From NCBI GenBank assembly GCA_040357565.1, contig JBDODJ010000004.1: 64,000 nt of DNA, one strand, 5' to 3'. This document shows positions 1 to 12,263 of this stretch, piece after piece (positions within the stretch are counted from its first letter, which is position 1; each line of letters opens with the position of its first letter). The translations under genes were made by a program, and so were the position numbers. Origin of the DNA: Cercozoa sp. M6MM (lineage: Eukaryota > Protista > Endomyxa: Ascetosporea). The notes under the pieces were generated by a model, which did no database searches, had not been told where the DNA came from, and was given only the letters and a program-made list of their open reading frames with translations.

Positions 1-66
1 GGAGGGGGGGGGGTAAACAGGGGGGTAAACAGGGGGGTAAACAGGGGGGTAAACAGGGGGGTAAAC
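1..66 (+). repeat. Intronic tandem repeat (GGGGGTAAACA)x~5
   Basis: Directly visible; lies in an intron of the coiled-coil gene. Confidence 0.85.
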
Positions 67-737
67 ACACCGCCTTGGCCGACACGAGTTCCTGCTGAAT
101 CTGTGTCAACTGGTGGTGCAAGTCCTCGCTCTCCTCCCTACACACACACCTTCTTTACCCCCCTCTTTACCCCCCCCCCCACCCCTTGACATCTGCACTC
201 TTGTACCGATCGTGGCTCTGAGTGCTTTCGAGTGTCGTCTCCAACTCCGACACCTGCAATACCAGTCATAATAACTAAATGATATTCTATATATCAATAT
301 AGAGATCAATATATACATATATATAGATATACCTATATCTATATCTATACAGTAACAATAAAAATACCCGTTCGCGCAGTTCGTTGCGCTCTTCTTCCAC
401 CTGAACGACGCCTTCCTTTAGGATCCTTGGGACACACAAGCAAAAATACCCCTGGTGATATGACAGACACCCCTCCCTTAAAATACGTAGCCTACTCGAC
501 TTGTTGTGACAGTTCGGAGCGCGACTTCTCCTTCTCCAGCAGCATGTCCTTGGCGCGAGCAATGTGCTTGTCCTTGTTTTTGAGGTTCTTGCTCAAACGC
601 TTGATCTAACCAGAACCGCACCATTATTTTCTGTCGGTGACAGGTCACCGAAAGATTCGAGTGTTTGAACGCACCATATCCAGCAGTTCAGGCTGACTCA
701 TTTCGGTGAGCTTTCGCTCACCCGACTGGCCCGACAT
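1..737 (-). CDS. Coiled-coil protein, 5' part (continues beyond window start), multi-exon
   Basis: Spliced GT-AG exons give MSGQSGERKLTEMSQPELLDM|IKRLSKNLKNKDKHIARAKDMLLEKEKSRSELSQQVE|ILKEGVVQVEEERNELRER|VSELETTLES..., heptad-like and E/K/Q/L-rich; no family assigned. Confidence 0.6.
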
Positions 738-1088
738 GTTGGCGCTGGCCCGGGCGTCACAAGCAAGCTCGGCAGAAGCCAATTTGTCAATTGATGACGA
801 AAGGATACGACTTTCACCTCTTTAGTACAGCCCACACGGCGTCAATCCGTACTGACACAACGCTACACACCAGGTTGACGGATGAGGCTCGCGCGCAAGA
901 TTCACTTGGCACAACCGGACACCGACCCCGCGATCATCGTTCTCCATGCACGCTTTAACTGTAGTTGCTAATGCAGGTGTGAAATGCGCTTTTCTGCGCT
1001 ACATCTAGATCTGTGTTAGTCTTCGGTTTGCACAGTACAATACGTTACATGACTGGGCGATTTGACGAAACCTCGGAAGTGGCTCGAC

Positions 1089-1174
1089 TTAGATCTCGGC
1101 GTCAAGGTGGTACAACAGGCCAGGCAGCGCACCGTAGCTATAGCAACGCCGGTAGACAGATCACACACATACAC

Positions 1175-1216
<42 letters not shown>

Positions 1217-2023
1217 CTATCTCTGTATATGCGAGTATGGACGTACGCCTCGCACTTGCCGATGATCGTACGGAGCTCTGTGGACACACAAAACACACAA
1301 ATGCTTTATTCCTGCGGTGTATGCTTTGAGGCAGACAGGTACCGTCGCCAGCATCGACCTGGGCCACGAGCATGTCCTGCGCGAAGCGCTGCGTGGCGGC
1401 GTCCTTGTTCTCGCCGGCCAGGTCGTACAGCGCCTGCAGGTTGTCGCTCACCTCGAGCTCGAGCTCCAGCGCCTTCTGGAACACCTCGAGCGCTGACTCG
1501 AAGTTAGCCTCGGGCGACGGGATGGCCTACGCACACATCAAGGTCAGTTCACAAGCAGGCAGTCCCACATGCAATTAATTTAACACACAGACAGACACAC
1601 ACACCTGGATGGACACGGTGGCATCGCGCTTGTTCAGGTAGGCAAAGATCTACGCAAGAAAGAACTCTGCTTCATTCAACTCAGCGAAAGGTAACTAAAC
1701 GGCACCATCTTGGCGTGCTCGCGCTCCTCGTCGGACTCCTTCATGCACCACCTGTACAAACATGCCAATACGAGTAGTCGGTGCCGGCCCACTCAGGGAC
1801 GAACTTACTTGGCCATGCCCGAGAAGTTCTGCGACTCGAAGTACATCGAGGCGGCCAGGTAGAACTGGCAAGCGTACAGCTCCTTATGCGCTTGCTGCAC
1901 AACACCATCAACACAGTCAACAGGACAATGTTCAGTTATCAATCCGCACAGAAGTAGTCGTTGTAATGTTTACGTTACCTGCACCAGGGCCTCAGCAAGC
2001 TCAGCGTTGATCTTGGCGCTCAT
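1089..2023 (-). CDS. Ferritin, non-heme prokaryotic (FtnA/Ftn) type, 7 exons
   Basis: Spliced: MSAKINAELAEALVQQAHKELYACQFYLAASMYFESQNFSGMAKWCMKESDEEREHAKMIFAYLNKRDATVSIQAIPSPEANFESALEVFQKALELELEVSDNLQALYDLAGENKDAATQRFAQDMLVAQVDAGDELRTIIGKCEAYGALPGLLYHLDAEI*; ferroxidase E..Y / EE..H / E / Q pattern. Confidence 0.9.
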
Positions 2024-2629
2024 CGTTTTTTTTTTGCTTTCTGGGCAAAAACACGTAAGGTGAGAAACGGCCAGTCTGTTGATTGGCTAGCCAGCGAAAA
2101 CAACTTTTCGCACACAAAGTCGAAAAAACTTGCAAAACCACGCACCGTAACGGACTAAAATCACCCTAGTTTTTGCAAATTCGGGACAGGTGCGGCGTGA
2201 GAAAGTTGGCGAGCATCACCTTCATATCGGAGCGCCGAGTTTTGGCAATAACTCGACTTGGACCAAATTTAAAACAACCTTTTGTTTAGTCGCGCCGCTG
2301 TCCCCTCCAGCTCCCTGTCCGCCAGCTTTGCAGTGGTATTAGCAAAAATAGTCTCTGAAAGCACTCCAGTGACACGTGACAGCAGGTTGTGCCCAAAACT
2401 GTGGAAATGTCGCGATCACGCTCCCGCAGCCCTAGCCCGGAAGGTGCACTCTCACGCAGTTACATTTGAAACTCTCCGAGCTCTGCGGAAGTTTGGAATG
2501 AATAACTTTGTCTTTTTTGGGAACGTTTTGGCATCCACACGCACACAGACAGAAACATTGTCACGCTGCTGCCTTGTGGTGTTGTTTTGAGACTTTGTGA
2601 TTGCCTCTTTGGCACCCCAAACACAAACA

Positions 2630-2874
2630 ATGAAATGCGCGCTGTTGCAACGTCACATTTTGACTGACCAGGCCTCACGAACGAAGCGAGCAGAGACAAC
2701 TACGTACAAACACGCACACAAACACACGCACACAAACACTCACACTGTACATTGTCTGGACGTTGAGCTATGCGGGGGTGTAGTACGACGAGCGCGAACA
2801 CCGCGCCGAGGATGCCAACGAGACAGGTAGACCCCCCCCCCCCCAGACACAGACAGAGCCACGCACAGACCAAC

Positions 2875-2908
<34 letters not shown>

Positions 2909-3783
2909 CCCTTGTATTGCTTGCTACTGTGTAGACAAGCCAAAGAACACTGAGCCGATCTGTACCGTCCTGCCATTACATGCGAGTCTGTTTCTACGGT
3001 GCTTGTCTCTTTACAGCGGTGGGCGTGTTCAATCTGACAACGCGACTCAACGAGTATTGCTGCCTTCAACTCAAATCAACTTAACTGCTTTTTTTTGTGT
3101 GTACTCTTGGAGTGTGCTCACCAGGGACGACGTGATCAAGTTCATTGAGGAACAGAGCGGCCTCAAGCCGACCCAGATGGTGATCATTCGGTACTTTCGA
3201 CCCTGTACATACCTTTGTCCCCTTGTACCACCCTTCTACCTTACGACTTGTTGGACCGGGCAGTAATCCCGACGGTCAGTCGCGTCGCTTCGGCTTTGCA
3301 AAATTCGCGTCGCAAGAGGATGCCCATGCGGCCATCTCCAAGTGCGACGGTACCCTCCTCATTCTGCTGTGTGCCTTGTGTGCCACACGCTGTGACTGAC
3401 TCCTGCCCACAGGACAGTTCTTTGACGGCCGACGCGTGTCGATGGCGCCTGCGCGAAGTCAGAAACCGCATGAGCGCACGCCTGGCAACTACGTCGTATG
3501 TGTCTTCTATCTACCGATCTATCTACCCTCTATCTACCTATTTATCTGCCTCTATCTATATCTGTCTGTCTGTATCTATCTAACTAGCTCTCTATTCTAT
3601 CTCTATTTCTGTTTCTAACCTTGTCTCTCCGTCTGGCTGTGCCTATATGTGTAGATGTAGATGTAGATGTATACCGTGTGTCACAGGGACGCAACCTGCA
3701 CCCGCGGCACCAAGTGAACCGCAGCGCCTTCCGTGGCAGCTATCGCGGCCGGCGTGGTACCTCGCTCTTGTCTCTATCTCTTG

Positions 3784-3839
<56 letters not shown>

Positions 3840-3850
3840 ATCTCTATCTA

Positions 3851-3884
<34 letters not shown>

Positions 3885-4536
3885 TATCTCTATCTCTATC
3901 TATCTCTCTTTGTCTACCCGCATACTGCATACAGGCGGCTCGCACGCTGCGCACTACGCCGGCGGCGGTCGGCGCGACTTTGAGGAGCACCGCCGCAGCG
4001 CCTACGACAGCGGCCGAGCCGGGCAGTCCGAGTACGCGCCGTACGAAGCTCCACGACACTCAGGTCCGCCCCGACGCGAGTACGTCCGTCGTGACGTCCG
4101 TCGAGACGACCGCGCACGCTACGAACGGCGTGACGAGCGACGTGACTACCCGCCCTACGGTAAGCTTGAACTGTGTGTGTGTTGATTGTAGACCAACTGT
4201 GCTCTGACTGACTGCCGGTTGTTGTTGGCACAGAGCGCCGTGAGCACGAGCACGGCCGACGCAGCGACTACGAGCGGCGGCCCTTCGAGTCGCGTCGCGA
4301 GCGCAGTCGCGACCGTGCGTACGACCGCGGTGCAGACCGGCGCGGTACCCCTGCCTCCTGCAGTCCTGCATGTCTCTACAGTGCTTCTTATCTGTGCTGG
4401 CGTAGGCTACGGTGACACCCACAGATCCGAGCGAGCGCCCTACAGACGCGATGCGTACAAACCTCGCGATGAGTACAGAGCGCCGCGCAATGAGTATGCT
4501 GGTCGCTCGCACCGGGATCATGCACACTCTTACTGA
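2630..4536 (+). CDS. Transformer-2/SR45a-like RRM splicing factor with R/D/E/Y-rich tail (start uncertain)
   Basis: Spliced exons: RNP2 VGVFNL, RNP1 SRRFGFAKF, post-RRM motif RSQKPHERTPGNY (cf. Tra2 TKRPHTPTPG.Y), then an Arg/Asp/Glu/Tyr-rich tail ending ...DHAHSY*. Confidence 0.75.
3785..3910 (+). repeat. (TC)n/(TCTA)n microsatellite in intron
   Basis: Visible simple repeat between GT and AG of a Tra2-like intron. Confidence 0.9.
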
Positions 4537-5199
4537 CCTGCCCCGCTCTAACAAGAAAGGTGCCTCTAGCTTTAAGGCGCTACCATATCCCATGGCGGGG
4601 TCAAATGCATTTTTACATAATTTTACAAGCCCGAGCAGCACCGATTTTCTCAGAAGACGACTAAGTTGGCCTATACGATTAGTCTGAAGTCGTGTGCTGA
4701 GTTCTAAGCTCTGCGCCGAGGCCGATTCGCGGTGGCAATGCCGCAATAATGTAACGCAGAAAAGACGATGCTTCATTTTGGCGAATGTAACTGGTCTGAG
4801 AATTGGTCTGTCAGGGTCTTCTTTCCCTGGTATAGATGCTGTGGATTAAGATCTCGACCATGTTTCACCTGCAACGCCCCTTTGTCGCTGTCGCGACTGT
4901 ACAGTTTCTGCATTCTCGATCAGTCGATCGGTCTGACTGCCTCTCGAAGAAATTGATCGATCAATCGCATGACCGCGCACTCACCGACTGATCGCTTCCA
5001 GTTCTGTGTTCCCGTCGCATTTGTTCTTTTGCTCTGCGTTCTGTTCATAATCGACTCGACATTTAGATTGTGCTCCGACGTTGCAAGGAAGACAGACAAG
5101 ACACTAGTAGTCACTAGTAGTCACTTGCGTCAAGTCAGTTTCTCACAAAACGACAGTTGCTGCCTGTGTATCCTATACTTCCTGCACCTGTGACTTTAG

Positions 5200-6062
5200 A
5201 TGGGCAACAAGCAGAGCACCACTGGGCTCGCTGACAAGCTAACAAGCACGTGCGTGATTAACGATGGGGTAAATTTACATGACCTTTGTAAATTTGGTTA
5301 AAAAGATGGTGATCCGGCTGTTCGTTTTCAGGGCCAGAAGCTCACAATTGTCCAGGTTGTCCAGGCCTTTTGGTTCGACGTTGTTGAGGAGAAGCGCTCG
5401 GTATCCACTATCATTCGGAGATGTAGGCCAAAAAATGTGTGGCTTGTGACCAGGACATTGCGTTGGGGCTGTACAATGGGCTGTTTTCGGCACACCCAGA
5501 GTATTTGTCGGTGTTTGGGACGGACGGGCAAAATCGACAACGAGCTGAAGCGCAAATGGTTCGAAATACTCACCCAGCGCTTTTTGTTCACTTTGATCGA
5601 CGATTTGTCAGAGTCGCCTCATTCACATGCTGTCGTCCTTTGTGCAAAACCTTACTGACTTGGAACACTTGGATGCTCGTATCAAGCAAGTAGGCCGCCT
5701 TCATGCCAATATCGGTCTTCCTGTGGCTGCTTACGGGCACCTTACAGAGGTATCGTTGCACTCAAGTAAAAAATCAACTTCTAGAATTTAGGTTTCTAAC
5801 ATTTAGGCTCTGTGTGAGGCACTCGAACTGACCGTGCCAGACCACTTCACGCCTAGCATTGCTTACTCACTGTACTTGAGACTGTCTTGTCACAATCTTT
5901 AGTTTATTTTCTCCGCACGGTTTGCAGAAAGGAAGTGCTCGATGTGTGCGGCAGCCTCATGGTGGAAGAGCAGGTTAAGCATGACAAAAAGGCCTCACGT
6001 CGTCAAAAAATCAAGGAGTAAATTACGCTTAGCTTGTGAGTGTTGAGCTCCGCTAAGGCTAG

Positions 6063-6113
<51 letters not shown>

Positions 6114-6806
6114 GATACAGTAGGTACTCGCCGGTGCAACGAATGCGAGCGCTGCGTAACTCACCGCGCAGCTCGCCAAGTTCAAACACGCGCCGACTGC
6201 CGCGCAAGGATTCTGGTCCCTTGAACATCTCGTCACCTTCCATGTCGTCGCGACGCGTGTCGCTCGCATCCACAATGTCCACTATGTCGGTAGCAAGCTC
6301 TTTTTGCATCAGTATCACTCACAGCACCGTATCTAACCTACTCACTCTTGCAGGTGAAAAGCGATCTTCCCGCCGCTCAAGCTGAGGTTTTAGTGCGCGA
6401 TGACCACTTCTTCGACTTCCTGCGCAACGCGCGCTGTCTCTCGTACTTTCAGTTGGTGCGGCATAATCAGCGCACACATGTAGCTCTGTTAGTCTGGCTC
6501 ATACCTGCGGTGTGCTTTGCGCTGTAGTTTCTGGCGCGCGAACTCGCGTCCGAGAACCTCATGTTCTATCGCGACGTGACTCGCTGGACCGCCTTAAAGG
6601 TACAATCACAATTGAAATGAAGTCATTTAATTCATGCCACTGCAAATAAAAATGTGTGTTACTTTCGCGATAGGAGCCGCGCCGTCGTGTTGAAGAGGCA
6701 CGGCGCATTTTTGACGAATACATTCCTCACGACGCGCGCTCGTACCGCAGCTTGTGTGTGTGCATGTGTGTACACGTGTGTGTATGCATGTGTGTGTGTG
6801 TGTGTG

Positions 6807-6858
<52 letters not shown>

Positions 6859-7456
6859 GACCGATCAACGTCTCGCATGCAACGCGCAACATTCTGATTC
6901 TTCGTTTCCAGGGCAACTCGCCGAGGTAAATATTCAATACCAATTCGCTTTCAATCCTGCCACAAACTCGACCATTCTGTTTTGCGCTCAGTTCCACACC
7001 TGACTTGGACCCTGCTCTCAGTTTCAGCAGCACCAACATGATCTCCAGGTATCCTGAGGGGGGCTGATCTTCAACAAAGTTTTGGTTGAGAAGCTTCAAG
7101 TAAACCATTGGTTGTGTTTAGTCCAGTAGTCTCGCCAATTAGATCAAGCAACAACAACACACTGACAGCGCGGCTCATGCACGACGACGCTTTCGAACCA
7201 GCGTTTTCAAAGGTAAATTCACTCTGAACCTCGTTGTGCGGATGCTCGATCAGCGTCTTAGGTCGTGCAAATCATGCAACATGACCTGTTCCCGCGTTTC
7301 CGCAAGTCGGAGGTTTGCACCGCTTTGTTGGAGTCACTGCAAGGTAAGCTATTTTGCTTCAGGTGCGTGCCTGTGCTGTAGTTGAAACTCGACGGATCGA
7401 GGTGTGCTTTTGTGCTTTTGTGGCCAGGGAGCGAAGACTTCGGAGCGGACTTTTGA
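5200..7456 (+). CDS. Putatively N-myristoylated globin-RGS fusion protein, ~15 exons
   Basis: MGNKQS start; globin VQAFWFDVVEEKRSDIALGLYNGLFSAHPEYLSVF...AQMSRLIHMLSSFVQNLTDLEHLDARIKQVGRLHANIGLPVAAYGHLTEALCEAL...FTPSIAYSLKEVLD; Ser/Arg linker; RGS FLRNARCLSYFQLFLARELASENLMFYRDV...ARRIFDEYIPHDARSPINVSHATR...AFEPAFSKVVQIMQHDLFPRFRKSE. All joins GT-AG and in frame. Confidence 0.85.
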
Positions 7457-7909
7457 TACCTGAGATTTGAGATCTTGCGAACGAATTCAAAGCTGTCTCA
7501 AGCTTAAACCCGGGCTGCCACTGGGAAAGCAGCAACTGATGGAGGGTGGTGATGTGGCCGATCTGCGCGGAAGCTCGGAATATGATGTTGTACTATAACA
7601 CTGAGGTGAGTCGTAAGATCAAATGTGTTACTGACGGTTGTCAGTGAAAAGAACTAAATAAAAAAAGTAAGTCGTCGATTAGACGAAGCGAGGGAATCAA
7701 ATGGTTCAGTTTGTAGAAGTGAATAATTACCACAAGTGGTTCAAGTAGACAGCTTACTTAGTCTTACGTCAAACTAAGTTTAGATTGTAGACGGAATCTG
7801 TCGTCGCGGAGAAAAAGACCCTTCTCTATAGCAGCACTCTTACTTGTAGAGGTGGATATCAGTACAAACTAAGAGTGCTTTGGTGTCAACAAGCACGGTA
7901 TCCTTTGAG

Positions 7910-7982
7910 CAACATGTACACCGGCCCCCAAAACTCCGGGGAGCCATAGCCTTCCAGCGAATATCGAAAGTTTGCATTAAGT
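7910..7982 (+). repeat. ~73-bp dispersed repeat, copy 1 (inverted relative to 15812-15886)
   Basis: caacatgtacaccggcccccaaaactccggggagccatagccttccagcgaatatcgaaagtttgcattaagt matches the reverse complement of 15812-15886 with 4 substitutions and a 2-nt indel. Confidence 0.9.
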
Positions 7983-8030
7983 TTGATGGTACGGTATGCA
8001 ACGCAACAGACTATAGCGTAGCGTGAACCG

Positions 8031-11000
8031 CTACTGATACAGAGTCTCGATGGCCTCGGCGTTCTCACGCAGGACGACCTTGCGCTTGAGCTTGAGCGTC
8101 GGCGTCAGGTGGCCGCCGCGCACCGAGAAGCAGTCGCGCAGGATGACGAACTTCTGCACACGCTGCGCTCGCGACTTGGCGTGTTCGTTGTAGGCGTCGA
8201 TGGCGCGCTGAACGTAGGCACGCCAGGCCGGATCCTCACGGGCCTGTGCCAGGGTCGTGCTGGCCACCGAGACTTCCGTGTCTGGGAGGCACACACACAC
8301 ATGGACGTACACACATGGACGTACACACATGAACACACGGCCAAACAGGAACAAGGTACCAGCGATCAGCGGCGACAGATCGGTCTCGTCGCGCTGCGTG
8401 CAGCCTTCCATTGGGTCGTAGTGCGCACAGCGCGGCACGACGAGCATCGACAGGAACTTGCGGCCTGAGGGTAGAGACATGAGCAGGGCAGAGGCAACGG
8501 AGAGGAGCACAAGAGGAATACGGTCGCCAACGAGCACGGCGTTCTGCAGTGCCGGTGCTTCACGCAGCACGTGCTCTTCGATTGGCACAGGGGCCACTAC
8601 GAAGGGCACAGAGGAAGTACAGAGGGGGGTAAAACGGGAGGGAGCAAGATGGTACCGTTCTCGCCACCGGCAGTGATGATGAGTTCCTTGATGCGTCCAG
8701 TGATACTGATGAAACCGTCCTCATCGGCACGTGCCAGGTCACCTGCTCAAGTGACCACCACCAATGACACACATGTACACTCGTGTGTGTGTCGGTACCA
8801 GTGTGAAGCCAGCCCTCCGAGTCGATACTTTCGGCACTCTTCTGCGTGTCGTGCAGGTAGCCCAGGAACACGTGGCGGCCTCGCAGGCCTGGGATAGGAT
8901 AGGATAGGAATAGGATAGGAATAGGACAAGTAGTAGAGGGGTATGTTACACAACTCGCCCTCGCCCTCGCGATCGCCACTGCATGGATGGCACACTTACC
9001 TTCTTACCCCCTCCCCTCCCCTCTCAGAAAAAGCATACCGCTCGCTATCGTGCACGATGCGTGTGTCGACACCGTCGATTGGCGGGCCCACCGAACCTGT
9101 TGCGGGAGGTAAAGAGGAGGATAAGGGGGGGGGGTTAAGCCAACTAGGAATAGAGCACCATGGCGTCGCGCGCGCAGTCGACTGACGCAGTGCGGACCCG
9201 TACACTCGCTCATGCCTGCAGACACACGAACACACGGGCCTGCAGTACTCACCCAAGCACGGGGCTAGCCTAGCTACCGAACACGTCGCCAACGACAATG
9301 CCGAGACTGCCAAAGTCTGCGGGGGGGGGGGGAGCGGGGGAGGGCCCCCCGGGGGGGGGGGAGGTAAAGAGGAGGGTACACAACTGAACCTCCTTGGAGA
9401 TGGGCGCAGCAGCCGACCAGACGCGCTTGATGCGGTCAAAGCCGAGCGCCTGCTTGACCTTGCTGAACACGAGTTTGTTGGCCAGCAGGTAGCTCTATGC
9501 ACAATACGCATACACGCACACATACGGACATACAGATAGGTACCTACATACAGATAGGTACCTATATACAGATAGGTACCGATATACAGATAGGTACCTA
9601 TATACAGATAGGTACCTATATACAGATAGGTACCTATATACAGATAGGTACCTATATACAGATAGGTACCGATATACAGACAGACATACAGACATCCAGA
9701 TAGGTACATATATAGAGACATACAGACATACAGACATACATGCGTACATACATACATACATACATACATACAAACATACAGACAGACATACATACACACA
9801 GAGATAAATAGGTAGGTGTATACAAGTAGCACAAGACAGAGGGTACCACGGGGACAGTCGGCGTGGTCAGACGTCCCTGAGTTGCCTGATCGGCCTCGCA
9901 GCCGACCGACTTAGCCCACGCGGCGAGACTCTTCACCAGCGCGGGTGCGTCCTTCGCTTTATCCTGGGGGGGGGGGGCAAGAAAGAGGGGGTGAGAAGAG
10001 GGTAACTAGGGAGGTAAAGGCTACCACCATGGCCGTCATCATTTTCTCAAACACACGCGGCACGCCAAAGAAGGCCTGAGCAACATAGACATACACATGT
10101 CAGACACATGTCTACACACACAAGTGTATATGTGTAGTGTATGTGTGTGGCTACGGTCGGTCTGGCCGTGCGCAGAGTCTGCACGAGCGAGCCCTTAAGT
10201 GCGTCCGGCCGAGCGAACCACACCTATGCCGGGGTGGGTCAAGAGGGTAGCGGTAGGGGGGGGTAAAGCTGGGGGGGGGGGGGGGAAAAGCTACCGTGAC
10301 AGCGTACGGCGCATGCGACGGCAGCATCAGCAGCGCGCCTTTAATTGTCCAACAATTGTCCAAATAGACCGACCGATAGATACAAGAAAACACGATGTAC
10401 AGTAGATGTCGGCCAGCTGTGCCGCCACGTGCGAGAAGGGCAGAAACGACACCAGATGCTCCTTTGTTGTTTCACCAAAGTCAAGGGGTAAAACGGCGAG
10501 AGGGTACACAGGAGGATAAGGTGGTGGGGGGGGGGGGGGTGGAGGGATAAAATGCGTCGAAAATTACAGTGTGCTCCGTGCAGAAATTCTGCAGCACCGA
10601 CTGACACATGGCCTACCAGAGAAGGGGGGGGGGGGGCAAAAGCTAGAGATGAGTAAATCTAGGGGAGATAACGCCAACAAGACAAAGCCAACAAGACGCA
10701 CCTTGGCCGTCCAGGTGGCGTTATCGTGCGACAGCATGACTCCCTTGGGCGGACCCGTCGTGCCCGACGTGTAAATCAGCTGACACGCCTGCTCCGGACA
10801 CAACTCCGCTACGCGCGCGCGCAGCTTGGTTTCCTCCACCGTGTCACTGCCGCAATTGGGGGGGGGGGGGNNNNNNNNNNNNNNNNNNNNNNNNNNNNNN
10901 NNNNNNNNNNNNNNNNNNNNNNNNNNNNNNNNNNNNNNNNNNNNNNNNNNNNNNNNNNNNNNNNNNNNNNGGGGGGGGGGGGGATGGGTAAAGGCTACCC

Positions 11001-12263
11001 GACAGACAAGGCGTCGCTGAAGGTGACAACGCCGGCGTCGCTGTCGTCGTCGCTCATGGCCGCAGTGGAAGCACCGGCCAAGGCGGGGTCCCACACCACG
11101 CGCGTCGTCACACTGCCTGCGTCGGCGAACTTTTCGATCTGCTTCATCGAGTCTACCCACCGGAGGATAAACGGGGAACAGAAGGGTACATTAGGGAAAC
11201 AGGGGAGCAAACAGGGGGGGGTAAACAGGGGGGGGGGGGTAAAACTACCAGCAACGACGACACGCGCCTCGCAGTGCTCGGCGATGTATTTGCACTCCTC
11301 CGTGCCGTTCGTCACGTACACGCCCGCCGACAGTCCGCCGGCCAAAATTGTGCCAATGTGTGCTACGGGGGGGGGGGGGTAACAGGAAATAAAGGGCGGC
11401 AACAAGGGATGGGATAATGGGGGAGGTAGTTAAGTTACCAATGACCCACTCGGGCGAGTTGAAGCCCATGATGCAAACCGACGCCGCACGCGGCAGGTCG
11501 ACTTCCTGTACCAGGTCACACGGCGTATGGGGTGCGTAAGGAAGGGGGGGGTAAAGGGGGTATAACAGTCCCTACCGGCGACAGGAGGAAACGCGCGAAA
11601 CGTCGGCAATCCTCCGCGAATTGCTGATCAAAGTTTCATCAGTATTTTGTCTTTTTTTGCCTCAGTTGTGTCAACACAAGACAAACAACAACAGAAAAGA
11701 AGGCACGCTATAGGTCCACTCCTTCCACTTGCCATCACTGTAACACACAACGTGGAAAGGGATCAGGGGGGGCAAGAGTAAAAGGTCAAGAGAATAGAGG
11801 GTAAAGGGGATGAGATGATAGTGGTAAAGGGCGGAGTAAAATAGAGTTGGAGAAGGGAAGAGAGAGAGAAAGGTACCGCTCCACCTTGAGCGCAATGGCG
11901 CTGCCGTTGCGCCGCTCGGCGCGTTCCAGCACCTGCGCGATCGTCTCTGGAGGCAGTGCACCCACGCCCGTCTGCCCAAGGGATGGGAATAATAGGGGAC
12001 AAAGGGGATAAAGGGGTGCGGATAAGGGAGGAACCTGTGCCAGCGGAATTTCGCGTCGCTGCAGCGGTTCTGTGACGAAAGTGGCCGCGTTCTCCGTACT
12101 GTCCACACACAACCACATAACATATACATATATATACATAAATATATCTATACATACACAGACAAACATCTATATACACACAACATATCAATTGTATCTG
12201 TAGACCTACGCTGATGTCGGCGGCGGCAGGTCGGACGCACGTTGTTCGGTAAAGTCGCTGCAT
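8031..12263 (-). CDS. Long-chain fatty-acid-CoA ligase, bubblegum (ACSBG)-like, multi-exon
   Basis: Motifs [108 protein letters not shown]; start codon approximate. Confidence 0.92.
9528..9680 (+). repeat. 18-bp intronic minisatellite (GATAGGTACCTATATACA)x~8
   Basis: Visible tandem array in an ACSBG intron, followed by (CATA/CAGA)n. Confidence 0.9.
10871..10970. other. Assembly gap (100 N) flanked by poly-G
   Basis: N run inside an ACSBG intron. Confidence 1.

Noticed and set aside
1-66. Telomere-like G-rich repeat at the window edge
   Set aside because: Follows a GT donor inside a gene; the same motif occurs in internal introns (e.g. ~11211-11245).
2024-2100. Iron-responsive element in the ferritin 5' UTR
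   Set aside because: No CAGUGN-loop hairpin upstream of the ATG.
7910-7982. Twister or hammerhead ribozyme, or SECIS, in the 75-bp repeat
   Set aside because: Only fragments (TAATGC, GGAGGG, CGAAA); catalytic-core motifs are absent and no in-frame UGA gene is adjacent.
9528-9680. CRISPR-like array
   Set aside because: Head-to-tail repeats without spacers, inside a eukaryotic intron.
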